Shown here: piece by piece, positions 1 through 13,974 of the stretch
Numbering within the stretch: the first letter of the stretch is position 1
Layout: each line of letters begins with the position of its first letter
Source of the DNA: Octopus vulgaris
Taxonomy: Eukaryota
Direction: 5' to 3'
Assembly (NCBI GenBank): GCA_951406725.2
Contig: OX597814.1
Coordinates: 154,380,001 to 154,444,000 of the forward strand
DNA: 64,000 bases
Position numbers and translations under genes: made by a program
Notes under the pieces: model-generated
Databases searched by the model: none
Told to the model about the DNA's origin: nothing
Seen by the model: only the letters and a program-made list of their open reading frames with translations

Positions 1-244
1 GAGAAACCACCCTTGTTAGAGAATACATGTTTAAATCAAAGCCTTCCATCATAATCTTATTAAAAACCTTTTGTTAAGGCTATGCTACAAACAAACACTA
101 ACTTAATGATAACAAAAGAAAAACAGTTATTTTCTTAAACCCCTCCTAAATTTTGAACATTTTAAGAATTAATTGACACAGAAAGGCAGTGCATTTGAAT
201 AGCAATATGGTCATAAAAAGTATTAAAAGCAACTCATTCTAACA

Positions 245-274
245 ACACACACACATATATATATACATACATGC

Positions 275-305
<31 letters not shown>

Positions 306-478
306 TATATATATACATACATACATATATATATACACACACACATATATATACATATATACATACACACACACACATATACATATATACATACACACAC
401 ATATACATATATACATACACACACACATATACATACACACACACACACACATATACATACACACACACACATATACAT

Positions 479-509
<31 letters not shown>

Positions 510-655
510 CATATATGTACATATATATATATATATACATATACACACATATATATATACATACATATATATATATATACATATATACATATATATATAT
601 ACATATATATATACATATATATATACATATGTACATACATACACACACATATATA
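245..655. repeat. Compound TA/CA/TACA microsatellite
   Basis: Direct inspection. Confidence 0.95.
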
Positions 656-766
656 AAACAATACCCAGTATTTCTCTCAGAGATTCCCTTCCTTTGCTAC
701 CCATGTTAATTCTCCTGAGTCCAGTTAATTTGTTATGGTATCATTGTAGGGGGTGGGGCCACACAG

Positions 767-811
<45 letters not shown>

Positions 812-1000
812 CATGTACACACACACACATCATTACATAGGGATTTTATTTGTCTTAGAGGTTGGGTTTTATTTTCCTTATACTGTGAGAATTACCACTA
901 AGGCCTTTGCTATCCTGCTGTTTGTTGGTTCGTAGAAGCTTGCCTGCATAGTTAGTTCCCAACAAATGAAATGATTTCCCACACTGTTGTCTTGCATTCT

Positions 1001-1001
1001 C

Positions 1002-1035
<34 letters not shown>

Positions 1036-1104
1036 TCACCACCACCAACACTACTACCATCATCATCATCATCAGTAGTAGTAGTAGTAGTAGTGGTGGT
1101 GGTG

Positions 1105-1145
<41 letters not shown>

Positions 1146-1157
1146 TGTTGTTGTTGC
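1001..1157. repeat. Compound trinucleotide microsatellite (CTA/CAC/CAT then AGT/GGT/TTG)
   Basis: Direct inspection. Confidence 0.95.
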
Positions 1158-2202
1158 AGAGACTGTTTAGCTCCATGTCTGCCCCGAAGGAGAAGACTTA
1201 TGATAAAAAGAAGTATTCCATCCACGACCATCTTGCCTTTCTTTCCAGACTACAGTACGCAATGTGTCTCCTTTTTGGTAAGATGATAAGCATCTTTGAT
1301 TTAAGGGATATTTAGCTGCTAATTCTACAGCTTGATTAGTAGTAGGAGTTGTTGTAATCACCGCTTTAGTTGTTGTAAACAGTTAATGAGAACAGTTAAT
1401 AAGATTGAACATGGATTGAATATGAATCAATTGAATATGGAGATATAATAGCATCAAAATATGTGAGGATCTTATTGCCATTGTTGAGCCTTAGGTCTGC
1501 CCTGACCCAGAATACTTCTGATCCATTTCTCTGATGGTAACAAGACCCAGTCTTTTTCTCCACTTAATACTTTAATTTTTGCTAAATTCACTTCAGGTCC
1601 TCTTGATTCCAGCTTTTATTTCCATGTCTGGAATTTCATTCCTAATTCTATAAAAGTTAGATCATCAACATGAAAAAAAAAAAAGCTCCCAAGGGCAGCC
1701 AGTCTGTAACTCCTCTGTTCATTATGGTTAGGAGGACCATAATGAACAGAAAGAAGCAGAGGAATGATATTTTCAAACTAACTGGTTTCTGCTCAATTTC
1801 TGTTTACAGTTTCACTCACAAGGTTTTAGTTTACCTGGGGCTATTGTAGATGATACTTGCTTCAGGTGTTGTGTTAAGAGATCAAACTGGAACAACATTG
1901 TTGCAAAGAAAACTTCTCAACCAGAGGGTCAAGACTGCTTTCACATTTTGTTCCTACCTCCCACTCACTTCTTTCTTCTCTCTCTCTCTATATATATATA
2001 TATATCTCTCTCTCTCTCTCTCTCTCTCTCTGAACATCAATGGAATTTGTATCCTTGTAGGCCGGTGGCACATAAGAAAACCATCCGAACGTGACCGTAG
2101 CCAGTACCGCAATGATGGCCTCCGGCTGAGGGCACGTAACAAACACCATCCGAGCGCGCCGTCCGCCAGCCTCGCTGGCACTGCGGTGACACATAAGAAA
2201 CA

Positions 2203-2239
<37 letters not shown>

Positions 2240-2631
2240 CACCATGGCCGTCTGCCAGCCCGCTGGCACCTGTGCGGTGCAAACACCATCGAGCTGCGTC
2301 GCGCCGTCGGTGGCACATAAATCACCCACTACATATATATCATCATGGAAAGCGGACGAACGATGATGATGATGATCATCATCATCATCTTCATTTAGTG
2401 TCCGCTTTCCATGCAAGCATGGGTTGGACAGTTCAACTGGGGTTTGGGAAGCCAGAAGGCTGCACCAGGCCCAGTCTGATTTGGCAATGTTTCTACGGCT
2501 GGATGCCCTTCCTAACACCAACCACTCCGTGAGTGTAGTGGGTGCTTTTACGTGCCACCAGCACAGGTGCCAGACGAGGCTGGCAAACAGCCACGATCGG
2601 ATGGTGCTTTTTACGTATACAAAAATACACA

Positions 2632-2770
2632 CAGGTGAACACATAATTACAAAGTAAGGTGAAATAAATAGTACTCAAATACCAAAGGTAAAGTTATATG
2701 CTTTATTAAAGCTGCAAAGTTATGACAAGATGGTTCCTCAGAGTTTCATGTTCCCATTCATTGGAAAGTT
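2632..2770 (-). mobile_element. Degraded copy of the hammerhead-bearing element at 31993-32140
   Basis: Reverse complement aligns by eye with gggaacgtgaaactctgag...aataaagcatattactctacctctggtatttgag. Confidence 0.6.
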
Positions 2771-3047
2771 GTGTTTAAAGGCAAATCGTATCACTAGGCA
2801 AATTAAAGTGCATCTTAGTCACTCTTTCTCCACTAGAGAACACCTAAATGTCAGCTCAGCTATAGTTAGACAAACGTGTAAGGAACAGGGCTGAACAATT
2901 AAAAATTTTGAGAGATAGACCTCACTAGAGCCATCACGCTGCTATCTCAGTTTTCATTAAAACTGCCATATGAACAGAAATGTGATACTCTGAATAACAA
3001 TCTTGTGATAATTTTTCAGCTTTAATAAAAGTATATACATATGTGTG

Positions 3048-3086
<39 letters not shown>

Positions 3087-3534
3087 TACACACACAAATA
3101 TGCAAAGACATGTATGGTTTGTTAAAGAAGCAGGTGAAAAGAACTACATACCTCTATTCCTATACACAGCGACATTACAAATGTTATTACATATATTACA
3201 AGATCAATCTCTGAAAAACAAGACAAGAAAAGTAGGAAAAATATGAATATGACTATGAACTATATACATTGCTGAAGGACTATATATATATATATATAGT
3301 TGAAATTTACAGAAAAACAAAAGACAAAGACAGGAGTATAAACAACAAACAGGTGTATTAGTTTAATGTTAGACAAGGTGAGAAAATCTTTTATATTTCG
3401 AACCTACACTTTTCAACAGAAAGGAACATGAGGAAATAAACAGAGAGAGAATAAAAAATCTTTTGGAGTTGCAGTCAATCAAGGTGGCTGTATGTATATA
3501 CACACACATATATATATATATATACATACACATG

Positions 3535-3568
<34 letters not shown>

Positions 3569-5012
3569 CACACACATGTGTGTATGTGTATCATCATCAT
3601 CCTCATTTAACGTCTGCTTTCCATGCTGGCATGGGTTGGATGGTCTGACAGAGAACTGGCAGGCCAGAAGGCTCCACTACACTCCAATCTGATTTGGCAA
3701 GGTTTCTACAGCTTGATGACCTTCCCAATGCCAATGATTCCAAGAGTGTAGTGGGTGCTGTTTATATGCTACCAGCATGGCAGCTAGTCAGGCAGCACTG
3801 GCATGGCCACACTTGAATGGTGCTTTTTATATGCCACTGGTACAGGTGCCAGTCAGGCGGCACTGGTATCAGCCACACTTGAATGATACTTTTTGTCTAT
3901 TAATATACATGCAGGTGCTAAACTAATGATATTCTTAATTAACTGAATCTGGAAAAGTACAGAAATGAAAGTTAAAAAATATTGTAGATGAAGTAGGAAT
4001 TTGAATTTAAATGATATGGCTTATAGCAGGGTTCAGATTGAAAAAAGAATAGAGTAAAGATTAAAGGATGTCCTTGGGTAGCAAGTTGGCAATGTGGTTA
4101 AATTTAAAGGGCCATTTCCTTTCCCCTACAACACTCTCACATGTGCCTGGCATATTGAAATCAAACCAAATAATTTCTGTTGAGACAGAAGAAGGTTATT
4201 TAAATACTGAGAACTTTTGGGAAAAAAGTTTTGTTGGTTGGTAGTTTCAGGGTATGAAATGTCAAAGAGTATTGGAGCTTCATGTACATAGACACCAGAT
4301 TCTTTGTCACTAGCAGGCATAAAGTTTTATCTTTCAATGAGTTCTTGCCAGTCCCTAAAACCATCACATCACTATAACTCATTATTTCTGAGCTGTTAGG
4401 ATACTCCTGCCTATTTGACTGTTACTAGGCAAATTAAAGTGTATCCTAGCCACTTTTGCCTCACTAGATGAGCTCATATTTCTAAACACCTAAATGTCAG
4501 CTCAGCTATAGTTGACAAAACATGAGACGAACATAGCTGAACGTTTTCAAATTTTGAAAGACAGGCTATATATTTATTATATATGTATGTTCAACATTCT
4601 GTTATCATACACTGTATGTTAATTTATAAAGGGTAAATACAGGAAGTCTAATATAGAATTTTCTTCATAGGGTGAGTTACAATCTATCTAAAGAAAGGGT
4701 ATACTTTTACATTTGAATAAAACTAAAAACAACATATTCTTTTATATTTTAATTCCAGTTTCTGCTTCAATGTTTTTAAACCTCTATTTGTTCTGTATTT
4801 TACCAGATTCCATTAAGAATATTATCACTCCTGTACCTTTGGTTTCCTGCTAGTCCACTCTTTTTACAGGCAACACTTTTTACAGTGAAAAAATAATTGT
4901 TATTGAGAGAAAACTAAAAAGAGCAAACAAAATAAAACAAATTAAACTATTTTTCGTTTTGGGATTTGGTTTGCAAGATTCTTTATATGAGTTCGTGTGT
5001 TGAAGCATATTC

Positions 5013-5202
5013 TGTTGTGTCTGGGGAGAGTCATTTTCTTTTTGTGCCTTATAATGTAACACACTCAAGATTATTGAAAAGGTTGCAAGACACAATGAAA
5101 ATTTTAGGAACAAAATAAAAATAAGAAAAAAGTGGAAATTTTACTGGTGAGTTTGTTACATTATAAGGCACAAAAAGAAAATGACTCTCCCCAGACACAA
5201 CA
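5013..5202. repeat. Inverted repeat, perfect 49-bp arms (5013-5061 / 5154-5202)
   Basis: tgttgtgtctggggagagtcattttctttttgtgccttataatgtaaca and its exact reverse complement. Confidence 0.9.
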
Positions 5203-5680
5203 AATTAAACTATTGTTAAAAAGCTTAAACTGTAGTAAAAAATGCAAGCGTAAATGTAAATGTAAATGGTATAAAACGCCAAATGAGGTACCCGAGATGA
5301 AGGAGAGAAATGCCAATAAAGCAGCAGATGAATTAGATGAGATCAGTCAGAAAGCATTACAACAAATATGAGTCAACAAATTTGAAGCAAAAGAGCTCTT
5401 GCAAATTCCACATTCTTGAGAAATACCGTGAACACACTAAAAGTTTCCTCATCACCATGGACAAATGTTTTAAATGTTGCAAATAATGTTAATTTTTGAA
5501 AATCCTTTTGATACCAACCTCCACTCAGTTACCTAATGTATAATTGCCTGTTTTTTTCTCTGACTCATGAAAACTTATTGGACAACTATATATATATATA
5601 TATATATATATATGTAGGTCCCGGGTTGAGTCGGGTTAACCACAGTAAATAAGGTACTCAATACATAGCAGAGTAAATTA

Positions 5681-5792
5681 ATTTATTTTATAGAAGGAGT
5701 TTACAGGATTAGAACTGTTTCATTCAAATGAAGATGATTTCATTTGAATGAAACAGTTCTAGTCCTGTAGAAGCTCCTTCTATAAAATAAAT
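5681..5792. repeat. Fold-back inverted repeat within (TA)n
   Basis: atttattttatagaaggag..gaactgtttcattcaaatgaa versus its reverse complement ttcatttgaatgaaacagttc..ctccttctataaaataaat. Confidence 0.8.
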
Positions 5793-6385
5793 ATATATAT
5801 ATATATCTTATATATATGTATATATATATATATATATACACACATATATATATATACATATACATACATACATACATACATATACATACATGCATATATA
5901 TACATACATGCACATATATATATGTATACACATGAGAAAAACGCCCCCCCGTCGTCCAATGGATGGTGCCGAGTTGTCAAACATTTAAACCAAATTTTCC
6001 CAAAACAACTTGTCCAACTGTCCCATAAGCCTCCTCTTTGAGAAACACTGTTTTAACCTAAATTTGAGACACCAGCAAATGAAGAAATAAAGATAGACTT
6101 TTTCTCGATCATCCCATAAGTTCTGTCTGTATTTTGAATAAAGAAAACAAGCAATCAAATGTTATATTTATTTGAAATTTAATCATCAATGTACTTTCCC
6201 TGATTATCTATGACTTCCTTCCATCTATTTTACAAGCTTTTTAATCCCATCAATGTAAAACTCTTTTATATATATATATATTGATAAAAATAGTAAGACA
6301 ACAAAAGAAAGAAAGAGACCTCAATATTATGTAAATAGAGGAATTTATCTGTAAATGTAATGTGTGACAATTTTTCGGTAGCCAT

Positions 6386-6446
6386 GATAAAACTCCGAGT
6401 TTTGGATGCTGAGGTGGAAATCCATGCCGCCATCTCTTCAGTTATC
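6386..6446 (-). ncRNA. Inverted copy of the same hammerhead motif, core mutated (GAAA to AAAA)
   Basis: Reverse complement of 6678-6738 with a G12A change. Confidence 0.55.
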
Positions 6447-6677
6447 CAGCCATCGGAAAAATGCCTTTTTTAGGATGCCCTTCCTAACACCAACCACCTC
6501 ACAGAGTGAACTGAGTGCTTTTTATGTAGTACCAGCAAGAGTTATATCAATTTTGGCATGATTTTTACAGCTGGATGCCCTTCCAAACACCAACCACTTT
6601 ACAGTGTGGACTGGATTCTTTTTACATGGCATCAACACTGACAGGATCAGCAAGTAACTAGCAACATTCGATGGCTG

Positions 6678-6738
6678 GATAACTGAAGAGATGGCAGTGT
6701 GGATTTCCACCTCGGCATCCGAAACTCGGAGTTTTATC
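6678..6738 (+). ncRNA. Minimal type-I hammerhead ribozyme, long stem II
   Basis: GAUAA-CUGAAGA-GAUG..GUGGA(UU)UCCAC..CAUCC-GAAACUC(G)GAGUU^UUAUC. Stem I GAUAA/UUAUC, near-palindromic stem III. Confidence 0.7.
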
Positions 6739-7764
6739 ATGGCTACCGAATAATTGTCACATATTACATTTAAATATATATATATATATATGCAAGAGAG
6801 AGATAGACAGATGGATAGTGTAAAGATAATAAACATTAAAAAGAACAACACAGGAAAAGAAAAAAAGCAAATGTGACAAATATGGCACTTGTTCAACAGT
6901 TCAGAAGGAAAAAGAGAGTGTCTTTATATTTTGGATGTTAACTCCTCATCAGAAAGAAAGAGAGAAAGAGAGAAAGAAAGAAAAAAGAGGAATAAAGAAA
7001 GAAAAGAGAAGTATAGGGAGAGTGTGAAAGAGAATTGGTGAGTGTTTGAAAAATAAAAGTGGGGAAGGGCACAAGTAGAAGGTAAAGGGCCAGAAACCAT
7101 GCATATATATATATTTGGTGTTGGTTTAATAATTCCTTGTTGGTAGTTTACAATATTAGGTAGGTTGTATGTGAAGACAAGAGTGACCACATGTTAACCT
7201 CCAACACTTATATCAACATATGTACATATATTTGATTTAATTGAACAACATTCATAAGATAAGGCATTCAGCTGTAGAAATATCTGCCACAACAAATTTC
7301 CTGTGACTCATGCAAGCATGGAAAAGTGGATGTTAGAATGATGATGATGATGATAATATATATATATATTTGGCTTTGAGCCTAAGGATCAAAAAGAAGC
7401 CAAATAACAACAGTGTTTAAAGTCCAACCCCACTTTTGGAAAGTTGTGATTCTACTGTAGTGAAGATGACATGACTAAAATACAAAAAGAAAAAAGAAAA
7501 AGAAAAATTCAATAAAAATCCGGCAAAGAGACATGCTTGGAAATATGTACTCTGAAATCTGCAGTAAATACATTCTATTCAAGACTGGTAACTCTGAATT
7601 CGAAATGAAACGGTGTAGAAGGATACTTTAGTTGGAACAGACAACCTCTCTAGTACTGGTGGCACAATAAAGTACCCTTAGTCCATGTTGTAAAGTAGTT
7701 GGTGATAGGAAGGGTTTGAATCAATAAAAACCATGGCAAAAATTATGATAGAAAAACCTAATTG

Positions 7765-8035
7765 CTTCATTTCATCTATTTACAAGCTTTTTAATCCTAT
7801 CAATGTAAAACTCTTTTGGTTTCAAATTGAAGAACTCTGAAATGTCAGTTTCGAGCTACTCCTGGCTTGCAAAAGTTATGTCTCCCAAATGATTCTGTAA
7901 ACTACGAAACAAATGGCAGTCTGAAGGAGCAAGGTCGGAAGAATAAGGTGGATGAGGAATTTTTTCCCCAACCAAGGTCTTCGATCTTCTGTGATGTGAT
8001 CTTGGCAGCATGGAAAAACCTAATTGCTTATACAA
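7765..8035 (-). mobile_element. Mariner transposase C-terminal relic
   Basis: EKIPHPPYSSDLAPSDCHLFRSLQNHL matches the YSPDLAPSD motif. A related fragment lies at ~6200-6268. Confidence 0.85.
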
Positions 8036-8089
8036 GACTAACATCTACCATGCTGTATAGTAGTGGGATAGTCAGGTGAAATCTTTCCT

Positions 8090-8260
8090 TAGAGTCAGTT
8101 ACCAAAGACTTCAGGGATGTCATCACGAATATAGGCATGATGAAAAGTGGTTTGGAGAGATTGTAGAGATGTCAGAGTGGAGGTTAGTAGATGTGTGCTG
8201 TGAACAAGATGAAAGATGGAAGGCACATCAGCCAGCCTCCTCACAAGTAGGGAACATGTC
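8090..8260 (+). mobile_element. RTE LINE APE-endonuclease N-terminal relic
   Basis: GEIVEMSEWRLVDVCCEQDERWK resembles RTE GEIVEMLERRxVDICCVQETRWK. Confidence 0.7.
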
Positions 8261-8664
8261 AAGAGTCATGGAAAGTGGTTGCTGAAAAAGGACAATGTAT
8301 GGAAGACACAAAGAAATCCAGTAAAATATGTCTTGTTTTGAGCACTCAGCTCTTGATGGAGTTGTAAGCATGTCAATGGCATTTCTTGAGTATTTTTAGA
8401 GCTGGCAGATCCAATCCCTCCTCAAGTCTGATCACAGTCAATTTCCTCTGGAAAGAGGAAGAGACAGACAGAGAATAAAAAAGAAGACATGTTTTTTTGT
8501 TTTTTTATCAATGTGTGTATTTGTACATTACATATATTACACATATAGGTTTTAGTCTCTTGCACAGATCTTAAATGCTTTGCATGATGAAAGTTATAAT
8601 TTTACCAAAGCTGAATCAGTTATAAGACTTGAGACAGAAGAAAACAACAGGTTCAAATGATATG

Positions 8665-9040
8665 TAGTAGTTGGTACTCTGTCAGTTATAATGACAAGGG
8701 TTCCAGTTGAATTGATCAATAGAACAGCCTGCTCAATAAATTAACATGTAAGTGACTGAGCACTCCACAGACACGTGTACCCTTAACATAGTTCTCGGGG
8801 AGATTCAGTGTGACAAGGCTGGCCCTTTGAAATATAGGTACAACAGAAACAGAAAGAAAGAGTGAGAGAAAGTTGTGGTGAAAGAGTACAGCAGGGTATC
8901 CCACCACCCCTGCCGGAGCCTCGTGGAGCTTTTGGGTGTTCTCGCTCAATAAACACTCACAATGCCCGGTCTGGGAATCGAAACCGCAATCCTATGGCCA
9001 TGAGACCACTGCCTTAACAACTGGGCCATTGTGCCTCCAC
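8665..9040 (-). mobile_element. tRNA-derived SINE (family D) with 13-bp TSD; related copies ~39467-39760, 55825-56115
   Basis: Head tggaggcacaatggcccagttgttaaggc..gtttcgattcccagaccgg. TSD ttcaaatgatatg at 8652-8664 and 9041-9053. Confidence 0.88.
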
Positions 9041-12000
9041 TTCAAATGATATGAAAACAGATAAAGTATCAGTTGCTTTCATCATGACCACATTACCATT
9101 TACACTGTAGTATTTTGCTGTTTTCTTTTCTCAAATTAGCAATATTTTATCTTTTACTTGTTTCAGTCACTGGACTGCAGCCATGCTGGAGCATTGTCTT
9201 GAAAGGTTTAATTGAGCAAATCAACCCCAGTATTTAATTTTAAGTCTGGTACTTACTCTATTGTTCACTTCTGCCAAGTCATTAAGTTTTGAGGATGTAA
9301 ATAAACCAACACTGGTTGTCAAGCAGAGGCAAAACACAAACACACATACATATATATTTGTCTTCAAAACAAGACAAATGGAACCTGGGCAGCTTTCCTG
9401 CTGGCCAGTTCCAGTCAAACTGTCCAACCCATGCCAGCCTGGAAAACAGGGGTATGATGATGATGATGATGATGATGATATACACGCATACAACAGGCTT
9501 TGATAATTTCCATCTACCAAATTCTCTTACAAGGCATTGGTCAACCTAAAGCTATAGTAGAAGTCTTTTGCCCAAGGTGCTGCATAGTGGGACTGAACCT
9601 GAAACCACATGGTTACTGAGCAAGCTTCTTAATTATATAATCATGCCTGTGCCGATATGATAAATATTGTTTTTTTTTTTCTCGTTAACTGTACTATTTT
9701 GTCTTTCAGGATAATTCATTGGTCGTTACTAGCAAGATAGTAGCAGTTACAATAATAACGATCATTGATTTTCTTTTGGTTTGTTAGTGATAATATTTTT
9801 AATATATTTTAATAGCAAACAAAATTGATATATTCTAAATATATATTCTAAATATGACTATAAATAAATATGTAATGATGGAAAGACAATATTTGGATAT
9901 GTCTAGGCCTTATTCTGATCATATCAACAATACACAACCTCCACAGTACTTGCTGAAACAGTGACGAAAGAATCAAAAAAGAAATGAACAAGATGATTCA
10001 TCTGTTCTGTTAGAAGACTTATTTCTGTCTCAAACTTGTGTTTATGATGTCTAATATAATTTGATGGTAGTCTCTCATAGTCTGAGAAAGATGGTTCTGC
10101 ACTTTCTTGCTGAACAAACCTGTAGAGATGATTTGTTTATAGTGAGCAAATGTTTGTACTGTACATTAGGTCATTCCTTCTATCAAATCAGTGTTGCCTG
10201 AACAGGTTCAATGACTCTGAAATTGACTGCTGTGATTGTAAACCCCGTATTTGCAAGTTATTGAAGTATAGCACAAGGAGTGATTGAATATGCACTGGAA
10301 TGTCTGTTTAGGTTCACTCCAGCAGAAAACTCTGGCCCCTGAATGAACCTTCAAGTTTTGCCTTGTATTCTAAGTAATTTACTTTCAATGGGTTGATCCC
10401 AGTTGAAGAAACTTCCCATTAAAGATATCCCCACCACAGCCTTCCCCTCTTTTTTAAGGATTCCTATACCAACATTATTCAAGATGCAGGAAGAATGGTT
10501 TTGTATTTCTCACAGACTGAGTGATCGTTTAAAGTCTCCCTCATTGGCTCATCATTATAAAGGTGATCTGAAAATGTGATTGTTAATCAACCTGTGATGA
10601 TGCAATATTCTTTGTATTTTGTTATTAATTGTTGAAGAGATATTGAAGGTTCAGGTAGAACAAGCAATAATCTATGACAGACCTAATAATATAATTTTTG
10701 CATATTGGTACTGTTCCTCAAGAAAGTGAATTTTGGTTCTGGTTTAGTGCTGAGTTAACCCTGATTGAGAAGACCTATGATAAAAGGCATTCCAGCCATG
10801 ACCACACTAGCTTTTTAAAAGTAAGGCCAGCTGTACATTATTTGATGAGTCCCTTCCTTTACCATGACAGTAAAGAGATTTGACAGCTTTTACTAGCAGG
10901 TTGATAGATCACAGACTTGCAAGTTAGTAAGCTGTTATCTCTAGAATAAAGAGGTTATTTAATTGCCTCTCTACAGGAACATGTAGTATTGTTGTTTCTG
11001 GACAGGGAGAAAAGTTACTGTAGGAGGCAGGCAGTTAGCATTTGATTCCTTTGGATGGGATAGTGATCCCTAATTGGCTGGAATGATTGTTAATAGACAT
11101 GGATAAAATAGGGCAGGAACTACTAAACAAGGGGTGTGAAATAATTGCAATTGGTCAAGAAAAGCAGGATAGATTACTAGGGATAGTTAGGGCTAATAGT
11201 ATATAGGCTTCAGAGTTTAGTGAAAATCTTATAAGCAGGAAACAGAAACGTCAGTAAACTTTTCAGGTTGAGTAATAGCTGCTTTTTAGTGAGAACCATA
11301 GCAGCAAGTTGAGTTATTAAGCTTATCTTATGGCAAAGCACAATATCTGAAACCATTCAACCAATGTATTACATGGAAGATAACCAACTGTTTTTTCTTG
11401 GTCTGGAATTTGTGTTTCTTGTTATTAGAATCCAATGGTTTGATTTAGTGAAGAACACTTTAAAAAAAGTAACATAAATATATAACTGATAAATTTATCT
11501 AATGCATAAAAAGTCATGGAAATACAATAATACGGATAAAGATAAGAAGCTCAACTAACCATCAATGAAGCAGTTATTCTAAATTTATATTTCCTGATTT
11601 TATGATTCCTTTACCATTAAGCAAGAATAGATATCTGTGCAATACCTAGTGGGCAACACATGTGAAAGAGAGAAACATCTTTAATGTTAGCTCCCAAATT
11701 GTATTTATATACACTGAATTAAATACAGGGATATGTTCTCTTCCTTAGTAGGCTACCAACACTCACACTCTTTAAATATTGGGTGTGTGTTCTCACCTAA
11801 TTAATAATCAAAAACCACTCCCCGCTTTGTGGATTTTATTCTACCAATGCCTTGCTTTGTTGTCTGAAGCAGACTTAGTATTTTCCAACGTTGTTGACAT
11901 ACATTATAAACTCTCATTGCATGAACTAACAAGGTCAAAGAAAGGTTTTGATTCCAACAATAGCACCAGCAAGGTCTTTATGAACTACAAGTGAAATGCA

Positions 12001-12769
12001 GAGAACAAGATACACATTGTTTAGTTTGTAGTTCTCACTAAATACTAATTAAAAAAAACAACTTTAAATATACTGTTAATTGAAACCTTGTACCAGATAC
12101 ATATGAGCCTGAAGTGCTTAAGAAGTGTCTATAAAATGCTGAAAACATTTAACATGATAATTAAGTCAGTGCTGTAAATAAGTAAATACTTAATCAATAT
12201 TATAAATGTGATAAAATAAACATTGTTCCCCAACACTATTTACTATCTCACAATTGTTCTCAAGCTATCTTTCAAGGACATCAATGCTTCAAGGGTTATT
12301 ATCTATTATAGTGTGTCTTATAAGCTCCTTAACATCCATAGACCCATTTTGAGGGTCAAATTCCTTATAGCATTCACTAAAGATTCATTGTATATAAATC
12401 ATTGAGATTTCATCTGCTACATCATGAAAATCAGAGAAAATCTCACAAACTGACTGGCCTCTTCCTGCTTCATACTGAGCATGAAAATTAGTTTATTATG
12501 AACCTCAAGCTTTGTATTTACAAAGGTTTGAAGAAAAATACTTTTTTTTATATTCAGGAAGGAAACAGCACACTTAAGGACAATTAAGAACAAACTATGT
12601 ATGACTGAACAAAATTGTAAAGTTTTCAGAGGTTCATAAGAAACATTTGATATGGAGATGCTCAGTTTAGAAACTTCATAAATTTATGTACTTATTCAAA
12701 GCACCTGACATCGTTGACTGTTGATCATCATCATCCTCATTTAATGTCTGTTTTCCAGAAATATCAATG

Positions 12770-13560
12770 CATGCACCACACCAGTTTTGCCTCTGAAGTC
12801 CTGCAAGAACCTTTTTGATTGAGACCAGTACACCTGTTATTTTATCCAAGCATCTCCATAATGGCCCTGATGATGTGCAGTTTGTCAGCTCCATCATCTA
12901 CCTGGGCTCCACAGACACCAACAACGGAGAACTAACCCTGGAGATTAACCACAGATGTGGTCTGGTAGCTGGGGTCATGTACTCCCTATGGAATCCCTTT
13001 GGTGTCACTGCTCTATCTCCCGGAAGACAAAGCCCCACATTAACAATGCAGGAGCCCACTCCATTCTCCTCTATGGAGTAGATAGCTGATCTCTCGAAGA
13101 AGACCCTGGCAAAGAGGATTGATGGCTTTGATAGCAGAGCCCTGGGAACCATCGAGAACATCAGCTGGTACCATTATGTTTTCAATAAAGGACTGCATGT
13201 ACATACCTGCCTACAGCCTCCCACCTCAAAGCTACCCATTGCATGTGCTGGTACAGATATGTCCTTGGTCTCCCACTTGATCATTATATCAGGGCTTTGC
13301 TCTCATTTCAATGCAGTAGCTGCAGGCTGGAAGAAACCTTGTGGCAGGCTCCACACCAGGTGGCTGGACATGATTGGAGAAGATCTCCAGAGGTTCAATG
13401 TTACCTTGGAGGATGCAGAGGGGCTGGTATGGGACTGCTACTAATGGAGAGCACTGGTGAACCTGGTCAGCTCCAAGCATGATGACATCTCTGGGACCAC
13501 TAAACTGGGATGACTCCCCAGCCTCATCAAGCAAGAGCAAGCATGCAAGCAAGCAAGCAT
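12770..13560 (+). mobile_element. RTE-clade LINE, 3' fragment
   Basis: DDVQFVSSIIYLGSTDTNNGELTLEINHRCG (RT thumb FxYLGS...EIxxRI) and GWKKPCGRLHTRWLD (GRPxxRW). Ends in a (CAAG)n tail. Confidence 0.85.
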
Positions 13561-13974
13561 CTAAAAGGGCTTGTAGGAGAGTACAGTTACACAGGAAAAT
13601 ATATGAATAATAAGCCAACATTTTAAGTATCCTTTAGCTTACAAAGCTAAAGGATACTTAAAATTCATTAACATAGTTTTTAAAGCTGTATTACAGTGAT
13701 GATACAGGATAATTTCTGAAATCAGTTGCTATGAATGAATGAATGGATGAATGGACAGATGGGTAGATCATAACCAAGCTTGTGACCATGCGTGCACATG
13801 TGCATGTGTTTGTGTGTGTGTGTATACATGCACGTGTTTCTCTTTGAGATATATTTAAGTTCTTTGCAGAATTTATACCAGTCACTAAATAACCAAAGAT
13901 TGTGAACATTTGAATTAATGTGTGTTTGTATATATATGTACATATGTGTTTGTATATGTTTAAGTACATAAGTA

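Noticed and set aside
223-1361. Long ORFs rich in Y/I/C/V/H/T or poly-T/S/G
   Set aside because: Stop-free translations of di- and trinucleotide microsatellites. The same applies to similar ORFs throughout the window.
9710-9790. Strong plus-strand acceptor (ttttgtctttcag) as the terminal exon of a nested gene
   Set aside because: No recognisable protein or upstream partner exon, and the downstream region contains decayed repeats.
11030-11340. CCAAT/TATA-containing stretch as a promoter or LTR
   Set aside because: The motifs are short, with no termini, TSD or linked exon to support it.
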